Shown piece after piece: positions 19,197 to 27,775 of a stretch of DNA of 64,000 bases. The stretch is from a bacterium. Its GTDB lineage: Bacteria; Fidelibacterota; Marinisomatia; Marinisomatales; UBA1611. Location of the stretch: NCBI GenBank assembly GCA_004321745.1, contig SGYO01000009.1, forward strand, positions 3,081 through 67,080, written 5' to 3'. How positions within the stretch are numbered: the first letter of the stretch is position 1; each line of letters opens with the position of its first letter. A program made the translations under genes and the position numbers. The notes under the pieces are model-generated. The model was not told the origin of the DNA and did not search any database. It saw only the letters and a list, made by a program, of their open reading frames with translations.

Positions 19197-20187
19197 GTCC
19201 CATAAAAGACTTTACCTTTTTAATTATTTCGGAATAAATATCAGGGTTATCTAATAAGTATTTTTTAGAATTTTCTTTACCTTGCCCTATTTTCATATCT
19301 CCATATGAAAACCATGCGCCAGTTTTTTCAATGATATCCCCTTTGATTGCTAGGTCAATAATATCGCCTTCTTTGGATATACCTTTACCATACATAATAT
19401 CAAATTCCGTCATTTTGAATGGAGGTGCTACTTTATTTTTAACAACTTTTACTCTAGTACGGTTACCCACCATGTCTGTTCCATCCTTAAGGCTGGTAAT
19501 CCTCCTGATATCCATTCTCACGGAGGAATAGAATTTTAAGGCCCTACCGCCAGGTGTTGTTTCTGGATTACCAAACATTACACCAATCTTCTCCCTTATT
19601 TGATTTACAAATATAACTGTTGTATTGGATCTACTTACTGTTCCAGTAAGTTTTCTAAGAGCTTGCGACATTAATCGAGCTTGCAGTCCCATATGTGAGT
19701 CCCCCATTTCGCCCTCAAGCTCCGCTCTTGGTACTAATGCTGCAACCGAGTCAATTACAATAACATCTAAAGCACCACTACGCACTAATGTTTCTGTAAT
19801 TTCCAATGACTGTTCTCCGGAATCTGGTTGGGAAACGAGTAATTCATCTAAATTAACTCCAAGATTTTTTGCATATTCAGGATCTAATGCATGTTCAGCA
19901 TCAATAAAAGCAGCATACCCCCCTGCCTTTTGAGCCTCTGCAACAATATGTAATGTTAAAGTAGTTTTTCCTGAAGATTCTGGACCAAATATCTCGATTA
20001 TTCTACCTTTTGGTACGCCCCCAACACCTAATGCAACGTCTAGTGACAAACAGCCTGTTGGTATAGTGTTATCGCTAATACTTACATGGTCATCTCCCAT
20101 GCGCATTATAGCACCTTTACCGAACTGACGGTCAATCTGATTAATTGCTAAGTCTAGAGCTTTTTCTTTCTTTGTATCTGAAGCCAT
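19174..20187 (-). CDS. recA: Recombinase RecA
   Basis: 337 aa. [11 protein letters not shown], Walker [23 protein letters not shown], loop L2 region [37 protein letters not shown]. Confidence 0.98.
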   Translation of the reverse strand: MASDTKKEKALDLAINQIDRQFGKGAIMRMGDDHVSISDNTIPTGCLSLDVALGVGGVPKGRIIEIFGPESSGKTTLTLHIVAEAQKAGGYAAFIDAEHALDPEYAKNLGVNLDELLVSQPDSGEQSLEITETLVRSGALDVIVIDSVAALVPRAELEGEMGDSHMGLQARLMSQALRKLTGTVSRSNTTVIFVNQIREKIGVMFGNPETTPGGRALKFYSSVRMDIRRITSLKDGTDMVGNRTRVKVVKNKVAPPFKMTEFDIMYGKGISKEGDIIDLAIKGDIIEKTGAWFSYGDMKIGQGKENSKKYLLDNPDIYSEIIKKVKSFMGLDVEEKK

Positions 20188-20206
20188 ATCAATATTCCTT
20201 TGTAAT

Positions 20207-20767
20207 TTATTTTTCTAAAAATGAAAATGTATTTAAAGTTTCGTATACTACACCCTCTGTTAAAGTCTTACTTTCTAATAATTGAATCTTATCTACAGAA
20301 AACTCAACTTCATTGTATGTTGAATTTAAAAATATTGATAAATCAGGATTAAACTTTTGAGGATAATTAATTTTTGCTACTGTAATATGTGGAATAAATA
20401 ATTCTGAATCTTTTTTAAAGCCAATTTGAGACATTTTATCATTTATTTTCACGACCAAAGCTTTTAAAGCTTCAATATTACCACCAACGCCAAGATACAA
20501 GACAGATGGTTTAGATTTATTAGGAAAACAACCAGTTTCATAAACTGTAAGGACAAAAGGGTTTATTGAGCAAACAACATTTTCAACTTCTTTTCTAATT
20601 TCAGCTACCTTTTCATCGGATGCTGACCCCAAAAACTGAACAGTAAGGTGTAAATTATTATGTTTTACCCAACGTATCTCAACACGCTCATTTTCGCAAG
20701 TAGATGTAAGCATTTGCTTTATATTTTTTACCACATTTGGTACAGGAATAGATAGAAATATTCTCAT
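20207..20767 (-). CDS. thpR: RNA 2',3'-cyclic phosphodiesterase (2H family, LigT/ThpR)
   Basis: 186 aa with the two H-x-T-x motifs of 2H phosphoesterases: HLTVQFLG and PHITVAK. Confidence 0.8.
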   Translation of the reverse strand: MRIFLSIPVPNVVKNIKQMLTSTCENERVEIRWVKHNNLHLTVQFLGSASDEKVAEIRKEVENVVCSINPFVLTVYETGCFPNKSKPSVLYLGVGGNIEALKALVVKINDKMSQIGFKKDSELFIPHITVAKINYPQKFNPDLSIFLNSTYNEVEFSVDKIQLLESKTLTEGVVYETLNTFSFLEK

Positions 20768-20771
20768 GGTT

Positions 20772-21986
20772 TTAATTATTATTGCTTAAAATAAGTTTTA
20801 AAACTGCTTGACTAGTTCGAATTTTATTAGCTTCTCTATTAGATGAAAAATTGAATTTTTGTACAAATGATAATTTTTCATCACAATAACCTACATAAAC
20901 TAACCCTACTGGTTTGGCTTCACTACCACCATCAGGTCCAGCTATACCAGTAACCGATACTCCAATAGAGGAATTGAATTTTTCTTTAACATTTTGAGCC
21001 ATTTCAATAGCAACTTCTTCGCTAACTGCTCCAAAATTCTTAATATTATCTGGGTCTACATTCAATTGATCAATTTTTGATTCATTGCTATAGCTTATAA
21101 CACCACCAGCATAAACTGCAGAGCTACCTGAGACTTGAGTCAAACGATGACCTATCAAACCACCAGTACAAGACTCTGCAGTAGATAATGTTAGATTTTC
21201 TTTGTTTAGATTATCTATTACAATATTTTCAATATTCTTGTACCCATTATCATAAATGTATTTTTTCAAATGCTTATTTAAACTAATCTTAAGTTCTTCT
21301 AATTTTTTAACATCATAACCAGAAAGTCTAATGTCAACTCCATATACGGAGGGATAATAACCGACATTAACAGAGTCCTCTTCTTGAAAGTAGTTTCTTA
21401 TATTTTCATAAATCACAGATTCTGGCAAACCTGTTGTCCTAATGTTTATGCTCGATATTTTTAATTTTATCTTTTTCTCAATTATAGGCAACACCGTATT
21501 ATTCAACATAGATTTCATTTCAGATGGAACACCTGGTAAGACAATAAGAATAATTTTATTTCTCTCGTACATCAGCCCTCTCGCTGAACCAATTTCATTT
21601 GGAAGCAAAATACCATTATTGGGCGAGACAGCCTGAGACTTGCTACTATCTGGAAGCGAGTACCCTAATTTTGAAAATCTCTTACATAAAACTTCCCAAT
21701 AATCTTTATCAAAAGCCTCTTTACTGCCAAAATAATCGAATATTACTGCTCTAGTTATATCGTCATCTGTAACTCCCAAACCGCCTGTACATATAATAAA
21801 ATCAATATCTGATGAGAATAATAAATTTAAAGTATCAGTAATTCTATTTTTGTCATCTGGAATAGTTAAATGAGAAACTACAGATACGCCAGTTAATGAG
21901 AGTTTCTTACTTATCCAGCTAGCATTAGTATTGATAGTTTTGCCAGATAAAAGCTCATTTCCTATCGTTAATATAGATACTCTCAT
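20772..21986 (-). CDS. cinA: CinA family protein (MoCF-like N-domain + nicotinamide-nucleotide amidohydrolase PncC C-domain)
   Basis: 404 aa. N-terminal ILTIGNELLSGKTINTNASWIS, central GGLGVTDDDITR, C-terminal LSTAESCTGGLIGHRLT..SGSS. Sits in a pgsA-...-cinA-...-recA arrangement. Confidence 0.9.
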   Translation of the reverse strand: MRVSILTIGNELLSGKTINTNASWISKKLSLTGVSVVSHLTIPDDKNRITDTLNLLFSSDIDFIICTGGLGVTDDDITRAVIFDYFGSKEAFDKDYWEVLCKRFSKLGYSLPDSSKSQAVSPNNGILLPNEIGSARGLMYERNKIILIVLPGVPSEMKSMLNNTVLPIIEKKIKLKISSINIRTTGLPESVIYENIRNYFQEEDSVNVGYYPSVYGVDIRLSGYDVKKLEELKISLNKHLKKYIYDNGYKNIENIVIDNLNKENLTLSTAESCTGGLIGHRLTQVSGSSAVYAGGVISYSNESKIDQLNVDPDNIKNFGAVSEEVAIEMAQNVKEKFNSSIGVSVTGIAGPDGGSEAKPVGLVYVGYCDEKLSFVQKFNFSSNREANKIRTSQAVLKLILSNNN

Positions 21987-22435
21987 CCAGCGAAATAAAC
22001 AAGGCTCTGTGTTATGAGTAGCGCAAAAATACCTGCTACGACATCATCCATCATAATTCCTGTACCTGATTTAATATCATCCATTCCTTTTACTGGTCCT
22101 AATTTTAAAATGTCAAATATTCTGAATATTGTAAAAGACAAGAATCCCCAGACAAAAGAGTGTGGTATCAACCAAAGGGCTATCCATTGACCAACCCATT
22201 CATCAATAACAACCTCCGGTGGGTCTTCTTTTTTTATCGATTCAGAATAGATTGTGGAGACAGCAACACCTATGAAAAACAGTATTAAACTACCGTATAA
22301 AATAAAAACACCTTCAATATAGAAACGAAGATAATACCAAGATAAAAAGGCTAAAAAACTACAAATGGTGCCAGGAGCAAATGGAATACGTCCTATGTAA
22401 AATACAGTTGAAATTATTTCAGCAACTTTATCCAC
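21983..22435 (-). CDS. pgpA: Phosphatidylglycerophosphatase A
   Basis: 150 aa membrane protein. G.IP.APGT..S, DEWVGQWIAL and FR.FDI.K..P motifs typical of PgpA. Confidence 0.85.
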   Translation of the reverse strand: MDKVAEIISTVFYIGRIPFAPGTICSFLAFLSWYYLRFYIEGVFILYGSLILFFIGVAVSTIYSESIKKEDPPEVVIDEWVGQWIALWLIPHSFVWGFLSFTIFRIFDILKLGPVKGMDDIKSGTGIMMDDVVAGIFALLITQSLVYFAG

Positions 22436-23013
22436 TAATTATTTCTTATAAAATCTTTAATTACAAATCTATTTGCATATAGATAAATAATACCAGTATA
22501 TGCTGTAAATATAGCCGTAAATAATGTAAGCATATAAATTATTTTATATTGCTTTATTAAATCTATAGTAGGAATGAATGATTCCATATTAAAGCTCTCT
22601 AAAGTGAGGAAGATCAAGGTTAGAATTATAATAGTCAATTGAAATGCAGTTTTATATTTCGAAAGCTTAGAAGTAACAAATTCAAAACCTTTGTTTGAGA
22701 TTATCCACCTCAATCCAGTAATAAACATATCTCTAAATGTAATGATACCAACCATCCAAAAATCAATGATTCCAATGAAGGCAAATGAGAAAAAAGCAGA
22801 TAATACTAGAATCTTATCTGCTAATGGGTCGAGAAACTTACCTTGGGAAGTTATTTGATTATATTTTCTTGCCAAATGACCATCATAGGCATCTGTAATG
22901 GCTGCAACTGCAAATATAATCAAAGCGAGCAGTTTATCATCTGAGAATAGAAAGATGATAAATAATGGAGTGAGAATTATCCTCAACAAAGAAAGTAAGT
23001 TTGGCAAATTCAT
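22435..23013 (-). CDS. pgsA: CDP-diacylglycerol--glycerol-3-phosphate 3-phosphatidyltransferase
   Basis: 192 aa. N-terminal NLPNLLSLLRI and CDP-alcohol transferase motif DAYDGHLARKYNQITSQGKFLDPLADK. Confidence 0.88.
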   Translation of the reverse strand: MNLPNLLSLLRIILTPLFIIFLFSDDKLLALIIFAVAAITDAYDGHLARKYNQITSQGKFLDPLADKILVLSAFFSFAFIGIIDFWMVGIITFRDMFITGLRWIISNKGFEFVTSKLSKYKTAFQLTIIILTLIFLTLESFNMESFIPTIDLIKQYKIIYMLTLFTAIFTAYTGIIYLYANRFVIKDFIRNN

Positions 23014-23603
23014 ACTGAGGTTCTACCCTCCATCGCTCTGACCAATGTAAGTTCATCCATATATTCAAGATCGCTTCCTACAGGGAGGCCCCTAGCTAGT
23101 CTGGTAACATTTACACCTAATTCCTCAAGTTTTTTTGATAAATATAGACATGTTGTATCTCCCTCCACACTAGGATTTGTTGCTAAAATAACTTCCATCT
23201 CACTAACAACTCTTTTATACAAGTTATCTAAGTTTAAGTCATCGGGACCAACACCATCTAAAGGTGATAAAACCCCGCCTAACACATGATATTTGCCTTT
23301 GAATGAGTTGGTTCTTTCAAAAGAAAAAATATCTTGAGGCTCTTCAACTACACAAATTATGTTGCCATCTCGATTTTGATCCGTACATATATTGCAAATC
23401 TCTAATTCAGACATTATCCCACATTCAAAACAAAAACGTATATTTTCTTTAATTTCCTTTATTGCGCTTGCTAGAGCAATATTTTCTTTTTGATCTGACT
23501 TTAATATAAAAAAGGCTAACCTTTGAGCAGTAGCTTTACCAACTCCAGGTAATTTAGCCAATTGTTCAATTAAAAGGTTTGCAGACTTTGGGTACAAGGA
23601 CAT
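23010..23603 (-). CDS. recR: Recombination protein RecR
   Basis: 197 aa. HhH (LPGVGKATAQRLAF), C4 zinc finger (CFECG....CNIC), Toprim (ICVVEEPQD...E) and C-terminal GLPVGSDLEY. Confidence 0.95.
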   Translation of the reverse strand: MSLYPKSANLLIEQLAKLPGVGKATAQRLAFFILKSDQKENIALASAIKEIKENIRFCFECGIMSELEICNICTDQNRDGNIICVVEEPQDIFSFERTNSFKGKYHVLGGVLSPLDGVGPDDLNLDNLYKRVVSEMEVILATNPSVEGDTTCLYLSKKLEELGVNVTRLARGLPVGSDLEYMDELTLVRAMEGRTSV

Positions 23604-23604
23604 T

Positions 23605-23928
23605 TTACAAGCCAGGTATATTTAATCCTGAGAGCATACCACCAGTCACTGAATTCATTTTTTCTTTCGCAGAGGCTTGCGCATCGGAAATGCCCTTGTT
23701 CACAGCAGATATTATCAAATCTTCAACAATTTCCTTATCTTCTTTAAGCGAATCATTGTCCAGCCTAAGCTCTAATATTTCAAGTTGGCCATTAATTTTT
23801 ACTTTTACCATTCCACCACCTGATTCAGAGTTCACGATTATATCAGACAACTGTTCTTGAGCCGTTTCCATTTTCTTTTGCATTTCTTGTGCTTGTTTAA
23901 GCATTTTAGACATATTGCCTTTAAACAT
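23605..23928 (-). CDS. ybaB: Nucleoid-associated protein YbaB/EbfC
   Basis: 107 aa. MLKQAQEMQKKMETAQEQL.....SESGGGMVKVKINGQ is the family signature. The dnaX-ybaB-recR order is conserved. Confidence 0.9.
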   Translation of the reverse strand: MFKGNMSKMLKQAQEMQKKMETAQEQLSDIIVNSESGGGMVKVKINGQLEILELRLDNDSLKEDKEIVEDLIISAVNKGISDAQASAKEKMNSVTGGMLSGLNIPGL

Positions 23929-23938
23929 ATATTTTCTC

Positions 23939-25738
23939 CTATGTTATAATTTCACCATCAAAAAGATCAACAACCTTATCCCTTACCTGCTCATCGTTTT
24001 CAGAATCAGGTGTATTACCTTTGATATTAATTCTAGATGATTTGTTTTCTTTTTCAACACCTTTTTGAACTTTAAAACTTACTCCATTACCAAAAATTTC
24101 ACTTAAAATTGTATTTAGACTATCTCTATTTTTTTCAATTTGGTTAACATGAAAATCAAGAGTGCTCGTAATTTCGATTATTATATCTGATGATAAAATA
24201 CTAATCGGCTTACTTTTATCAAGTATAGAGGCTACCGATGGTTTTTTAACGTGCATACTATCGATAAAATCCTGCCATTTTTCATTAATAAAATTTAAAT
24301 CTAATTCTTTGGCAATACTTTCTACATCTTCATCTTCAGTCTTTTTGGTGTTATCTTTTTTGACATTGTTTTCTAATTCATCCATGTTATTGTTTAAATT
24401 TTCTTCTGCTTTTTTAGACCTAATTAAATTGGTTTTTATATCTACTACTTCTTCCTTTTTTATTTCATTATCAGTATGACTTTTTTCTACTTGAATTTGA
24501 TTTTCTGTCGTTTTGGCCAAATTCGCATCATATTTTTTTTCATTTAATAAATTATTGGTTTTACTGTCAACGGGTAATGATGCTTTTTCTTTTGTATTTA
24601 CAGAATTTTGTTCAATATCCTTCGAGGATAAGAAGCTTTCAATAGATACAGATTTATCCATTTCTAATAATTTTAATGATGAAAACTCTAGTAATAGATA
24701 AGGATCATCTGAACGGCGGATTTTTGAAGATAAATCTGTTAGAATTTGAACCGAACGTAGCAAGTCTCTTCTGTCCCATTTTGATGAATGAGAAATATAC
24801 TGTTTTTTACTTTCATCATTTATTTCTAACAGATCTGAACCTCCATCAATTTGGGAATACAATAAGTTTTTCATGTGGTTTGATAGGCCACTTACTACTT
24901 CTTCAGCAGGGACGCCATAGCTTAAAAACTTATCTAATGAATGAAGTAACTGGTTACCATTTTTATCTAGGAGAGAATGAGTATATTCAAAGAAAATATC
25001 ATTCGGTATAACTCCGAGTGCTTGAGTGGTCTTGCTACTAGAAATCTCAGAGCCACAAAAACTGATAACTTGGTCTAAAATACTCAGTGCATCTCTCATG
25101 CTTCCATCGGCTTTTCTCGCAATTAACTGCAAGCTGTCTGCATCAAAATCAATTGACTCTTGATCAAGTATAAAAGTTAAACGAGATATAATGGTATCAG
25201 TAGCTATTCTATTAAAATCAAATCTTTGACATCTAGATATAATAGTAGCAGGTACTTTATGTATATCGGTTGTACAGAATATAAATTTTCCATGTTCAGG
25301 AGGTTCTTCCAAAGTACGAAGTAGTGCATTAAAAGCTGGGTTTGTCAGCATGTGAACCTCATCAATTATGATCACTTTATAGTTTCCAACCATGGGTGCA
25401 AATTTTATCTGTTCACGAAGATTTCTAATTTCTTCAATACCTCTGTTGGATGCTCCATCTATTTCCAACACATCTAATGCGCGACCTTCTGCTATCTCTA
25501 AAGATAAATTTGTCGATGGATCAAAATCATATCTTGGCCCACCATCAGCATTCAACGCTCTTGATAAAATTCTAGATGTAGTAGTTTTTCCAACTCCTCG
25601 CGGCCCCGTAAACATATATCCCTGTGCTAGACGCTCTAATTTAAAAGCATTAATCAATGTTTTTGTAACATGATCTTGCCCAACTATATCCTCAAAAGTC
25701 TGAGGTCTCCACTTAAGTGATAATACTTTATATGACAT
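23939..25738 (-). CDS. dnaX: DNA polymerase III subunit tau (gamma/tau), start re-called at the second Met
   Basis: MSYKVLSLKWRPQTFEDIVGQDHV, Walker A GPRGVGKTTTSRI, IIDEVHML, SRCQRF. The track ORF starts at 25756 (MHGQKH...), but those 6 codons overlap the 3' strand of the SRP RNA (25747..25754). A typical DnaX N-terminus begins at M-S-Y, so I place the start at 25738. Confidence 0.92.
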   Translation of the reverse strand: MSYKVLSLKWRPQTFEDIVGQDHVTKTLINAFKLERLAQGYMFTGPRGVGKTTTSRILSRALNADGGPRYDFDPSTNLSLEIAEGRALDVLEIDGASNRGIEEIRNLREQIKFAPMVGNYKVIIIDEVHMLTNPAFNALLRTLEEPPEHGKFIFCTTDIHKVPATIISRCQRFDFNRIATDTIISRLTFILDQESIDFDADSLQLIARKADGSMRDALSILDQVISFCGSEISSSKTTQALGVIPNDIFFEYTHSLLDKNGNQLLHSLDKFLSYGVPAEEVVSGLSNHMKNLLYSQIDGGSDLLEINDESKKQYISHSSKWDRRDLLRSVQILTDLSSKIRRSDDPYLLLEFSSLKLLEMDKSVSIESFLSSKDIEQNSVNTKEKASLPVDSKTNNLLNEKKYDANLAKTTENQIQVEKSHTDNEIKKEEVVDIKTNLIRSKKAEENLNNNMDELENNVKKDNTKKTEDEDVESIAKELDLNFINEKWQDFIDSMHVKKPSVASILDKSKPISILSSDIIIEITSTLDFHVNQIEKNRDSLNTILSEIFGNGVSFKVQKGVEKENKSSRINIKGNTPDSENDEQVRDKVVDLFDGEIIT

Positions 25739-25746
25739 ATGTTTTT

Positions 25747-26017
25747 GGCCGTGCAATTATGTTTGGAAATCTCATAAATGAATACCTAATACCTAAACAG
25801 CTCAAATCCAATTAACTGCAAGCACACAAAAAAGAAAGCTTACCGCTGCTCCTTTCCAGGCCTGACGGAGTTCACTCATTTAATGTTGCCACAGGACTAA
25901 ATTATCAACACTGCTAAGCATTAAATGATCAATCGATAAAATCCTAGCATAATTATTGATCCTGCTATAGCGGATTGCAGGCAACAGGGCACCGCTAACT
26001 CCCCACCTAGCACGGCC
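25747..26017 (-). ncRNA. ffs: Signal recognition particle RNA, large (Bacillus-type, with Alu domain), about 271 nt
   Basis: The minus strand begins GGCCGTGCTAGGTGGGGAGTTAGCGGTGCCCTGTTGCCTGCAATCCGCTATAGCAGG, near-identical in pattern to the B. subtilis scRNA Alu domain as I recall it. It contains the universal S-domain motif CCGTCAGGCCTGGAAAGGAGCAGCGG. It ends ...GCACGGCC, which pairs with the 5' GGCCGTGC. Placement immediately upstream of dnaX is conserved. Ends are estimated by pairing, +/- a few nt. Confidence 0.85.
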
Positions 26018-26054
26018 TAAAATTAATTTTCAATTCACTGTAAATCCTAAATAT

Positions 26055-26084
26055 ATACTTTTTTATTAAATAATAAAAAAGTAT
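26055..26084. repeat. Near-perfect 30-bp AT palindrome between the FecR operon and ffs
   Basis: ATACTTTTTTATTA-AA-TAATAAAAAAGTAT: 14-bp arms with only the central 2 nt unpaired. Possible weak bidirectional terminator or protein site. Confidence 0.5.
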
Positions 26085-26174
26085 GAACTAAAATGATTTT
26101 AAAATTAAACATAAATAATAAATTTTCTTAAACATTAAATAAACAATAAACATTGTTGATAAAAAAGATATAAA

Positions 26175-26564
26175 TCAAAAAATTACTACAATTTTAATTT
26201 CTTCAATTTCAAACCAATCCCAAAAGTTTGACCTATCTAGCTTAATAACACCATCTTTGAAACTAAATCGTAATCTTTTACGGTATAAAGATTCTGTAAA
26301 CCACAAAGAATTCTCTCTTCGATAATAAATTGCTATAAATGGAGGACTGTCAGTAACAAGTTCAGAAATCTTTAGTGTACAAATCGCCTCATTAAACTCA
26401 CCCTCTGCTGTTACAAAGTCTAACTTTGAAAAACTAAATACTTTTTTTGTAAGCGGTGAAAAAGAGCGAGGTTTTTCTAGTGCCTCTTGACTAAATAGTA
26501 TTGAAAATACAAGTAGGAGTAAAAAAATAGTTTGGAAGCGAATATTCACCTCCAAATTTGGCAC
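26175..26564 (-). CDS. Hypothetical small secreted protein
   Basis: 129 aa. Hydrophobic signal-like segment (FQTIFLLLLVFSILFSQEA) and no recognisable motif. GTG start overlaps the upstream stop (TAGTG). A start at the internal GTG (MNIRFQ...) after GGAGG is also possible. Last gene of a 4-gene operon. Confidence 0.45.
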   Translation of the reverse strand: MPNLEVNIRFQTIFLLLLVFSILFSQEALEKPRSFSPLTKKVFSFSKLDFVTAEGEFNEAICTLKISELVTDSPPFIAIYYRRENSLWFTESLYRKRLRFSFKDGVIKLDRSNFWDWFEIEEIKIVVIF

Positions 26565-26980
26565 TACTTTTTGCTACGCCCAAACAAACCTTTTTTCTTT
26601 GGAGGTTCTTCTTTGGCTTCCTCATTAGCAGCACCATCATCAGCAATACCTTCAAGTCTTTTTTCCCAATCACTTGCATCCTCAGGAAATTCAGAGGGGG
26701 CATCTGAACTAGCAGTAGACTGTTCAGGGTTTTCCCAAATTTCTTTTAATTTTTCATGGCGCTTAGCAGAATTATCGCGCAAATGTTCGAGCATTTCGCT
26801 TACCTCTTCATCAAAGTCAGCAATTGTCTGCTCCATTCTTCTAATTAATTCTTCTTGCAGTGGACCACCATATCCTTCGCCAACCTTCTCCATTAAGTTT
26901 CCAAATTGCTCGATTAAATATTGTTTTTGAGGGTCAACCATTGGCTTATCCTCACCATTGCCATTATTTGTTCCAGCCAT
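26564..26980 (-). CDS. Hypothetical acidic, probably cytoplasmic/disordered protein with basic C-terminal tail
   Basis: 138 aa, Glu/Asp-rich helical N-half (LQEELIRRMEQTIADFDEEVSEMLEHLRD), low-complexity acidic C-half ending PPKKKGLFGRSKK, no signal peptide. Locally higher GC than its neighbours. The antisense ORF 26532..26930 is Ser-rich and judged a shadow. Confidence 0.5.
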   Translation of the reverse strand: MAGTNNGNGEDKPMVDPQKQYLIEQFGNLMEKVGEGYGGPLQEELIRRMEQTIADFDEEVSEMLEHLRDNSAKRHEKLKEIWENPEQSTASSDAPSEFPEDASDWEKRLEGIADDGAANEEAKEEPPKKKGLFGRSKK

Positions 26981-26994
26981 AAAGACTCCATTTA

Positions 26995-27771
26995 TTACTT
27001 AACATTTTTTTCATACTCCTCTTGAGACAAAATAAAAGTCTCAGATGGTGTTAATAATGTAGCAAGTGCTTCATATAACTCACTACTAAATAATAACCCC
27101 ATCACAATACCATAGAATCTATAGTACCAAGACTCATCTAACCTAGGACTTCGTTGACTATTATAGATAGAAGCTACATTCAAACCCATCGCTCCACTTA
27201 TTACGTAAATATACGACTTTAAACGTAAAAATTCATTACTATAAAGCCTGTATGATATTCGCTTAACATCATTCAAATTGACCTGTTCGATTTCCCTTGG
27301 CGTTTGTACGGAGATAAAACTATTTTCAAATGAGACCAGAGTTCCATTTAAACGCATATTTTTATTATCAACTATTTTTACGAATTGGGGTTTTTTTAGG
27401 TCGGTAAGAATATCTGATGCTCTTAAAAAATCCATACCCGCATACATGATTGCACGAGCCTCATCCGTGAATTCTGGCTGTGCATTAATTTTATTTTGAA
27501 ACCTAGTAAACTGATTCAAAGACATCTTCTTTTCGTATGTTTTTTCTTTTCCTTTTCGATTTACATTTATTCTAACCTTGTAACCAGTGAAACTAGTAGA
27601 ATAGACTTGGGCGCTAATAAAATTTCTTACCTTTGGAAAAATTCTATAGAACCTATTTTCATGGATATCAATCAAGGTACCTACTCGAGGACTTAAAATA
27701 ACTACCTCTTCTTGCGCTATAGCCGCACCAAGAACTAATAGTGCAGAAAGCAAAAGTTTGAATATTGCCAT
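26995..27771 (-). CDS. Hypothetical envelope protein: signal peptide, soluble domain, two C-terminal TM helices
   Basis: 258 aa. MAIFKLLLSALLVLGAAIAQEE signal, then C-terminal hydrophobic segments YIYVISGAMGLNVASIY and FYGIVMGLLFSSELYEALATLL. No family recognised. Confidence 0.55.
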   Translation of the reverse strand: MAIFKLLLSALLVLGAAIAQEEVVILSPRVGTLIDIHENRFYRIFPKVRNFISAQVYSTSFTGYKVRINVNRKGKEKTYEKKMSLNQFTRFQNKINAQPEFTDEARAIMYAGMDFLRASDILTDLKKPQFVKIVDNKNMRLNGTLVSFENSFISVQTPREIEQVNLNDVKRISYRLYSNEFLRLKSYIYVISGAMGLNVASIYNSQRSPRLDESWYYRFYGIVMGLLFSSELYEALATLLTPSETFILSQEEYEKNVK

Positions 27772-27775
27772 TTAT

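Noticed and set aside
25739-25756. Six-codon N-terminal extension (MHGQKH) of the dnaX ORF in the supplied track
   Set aside because: It overlaps the 3' closing strand (GCACGGCC, 25747..25754) of the SRP RNA. The canonical DnaX N-terminus (MSYKVLSLKWRPQTF...) begins at the Met at 25738.
25828-25839. T-rich run (minus strand GCTTTCTTTTTTG) right after the SRP S-domain, considered as the terminator of a short 4.5S-type SRP RNA
   Set aside because: The 5' Alu-domain sequence and the 3' GCACGGCC that pairs with the 5' GGCCGTGC lie well outside a 4.5S-sized core. The run is therefore internal to the 3' strand of helix 5 of a ~271-nt RNA.
26532-26930. 132-aa plus-strand ORF competing with the 138-aa acidic minus-strand ORF
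   Set aside because: The plus-strand translation is Ser-rich and shadow-like. The minus-strand ORF fits the operon (1-nt overlap with the next gene, 14-nt gap to the previous one) and has helical, protein-like composition.
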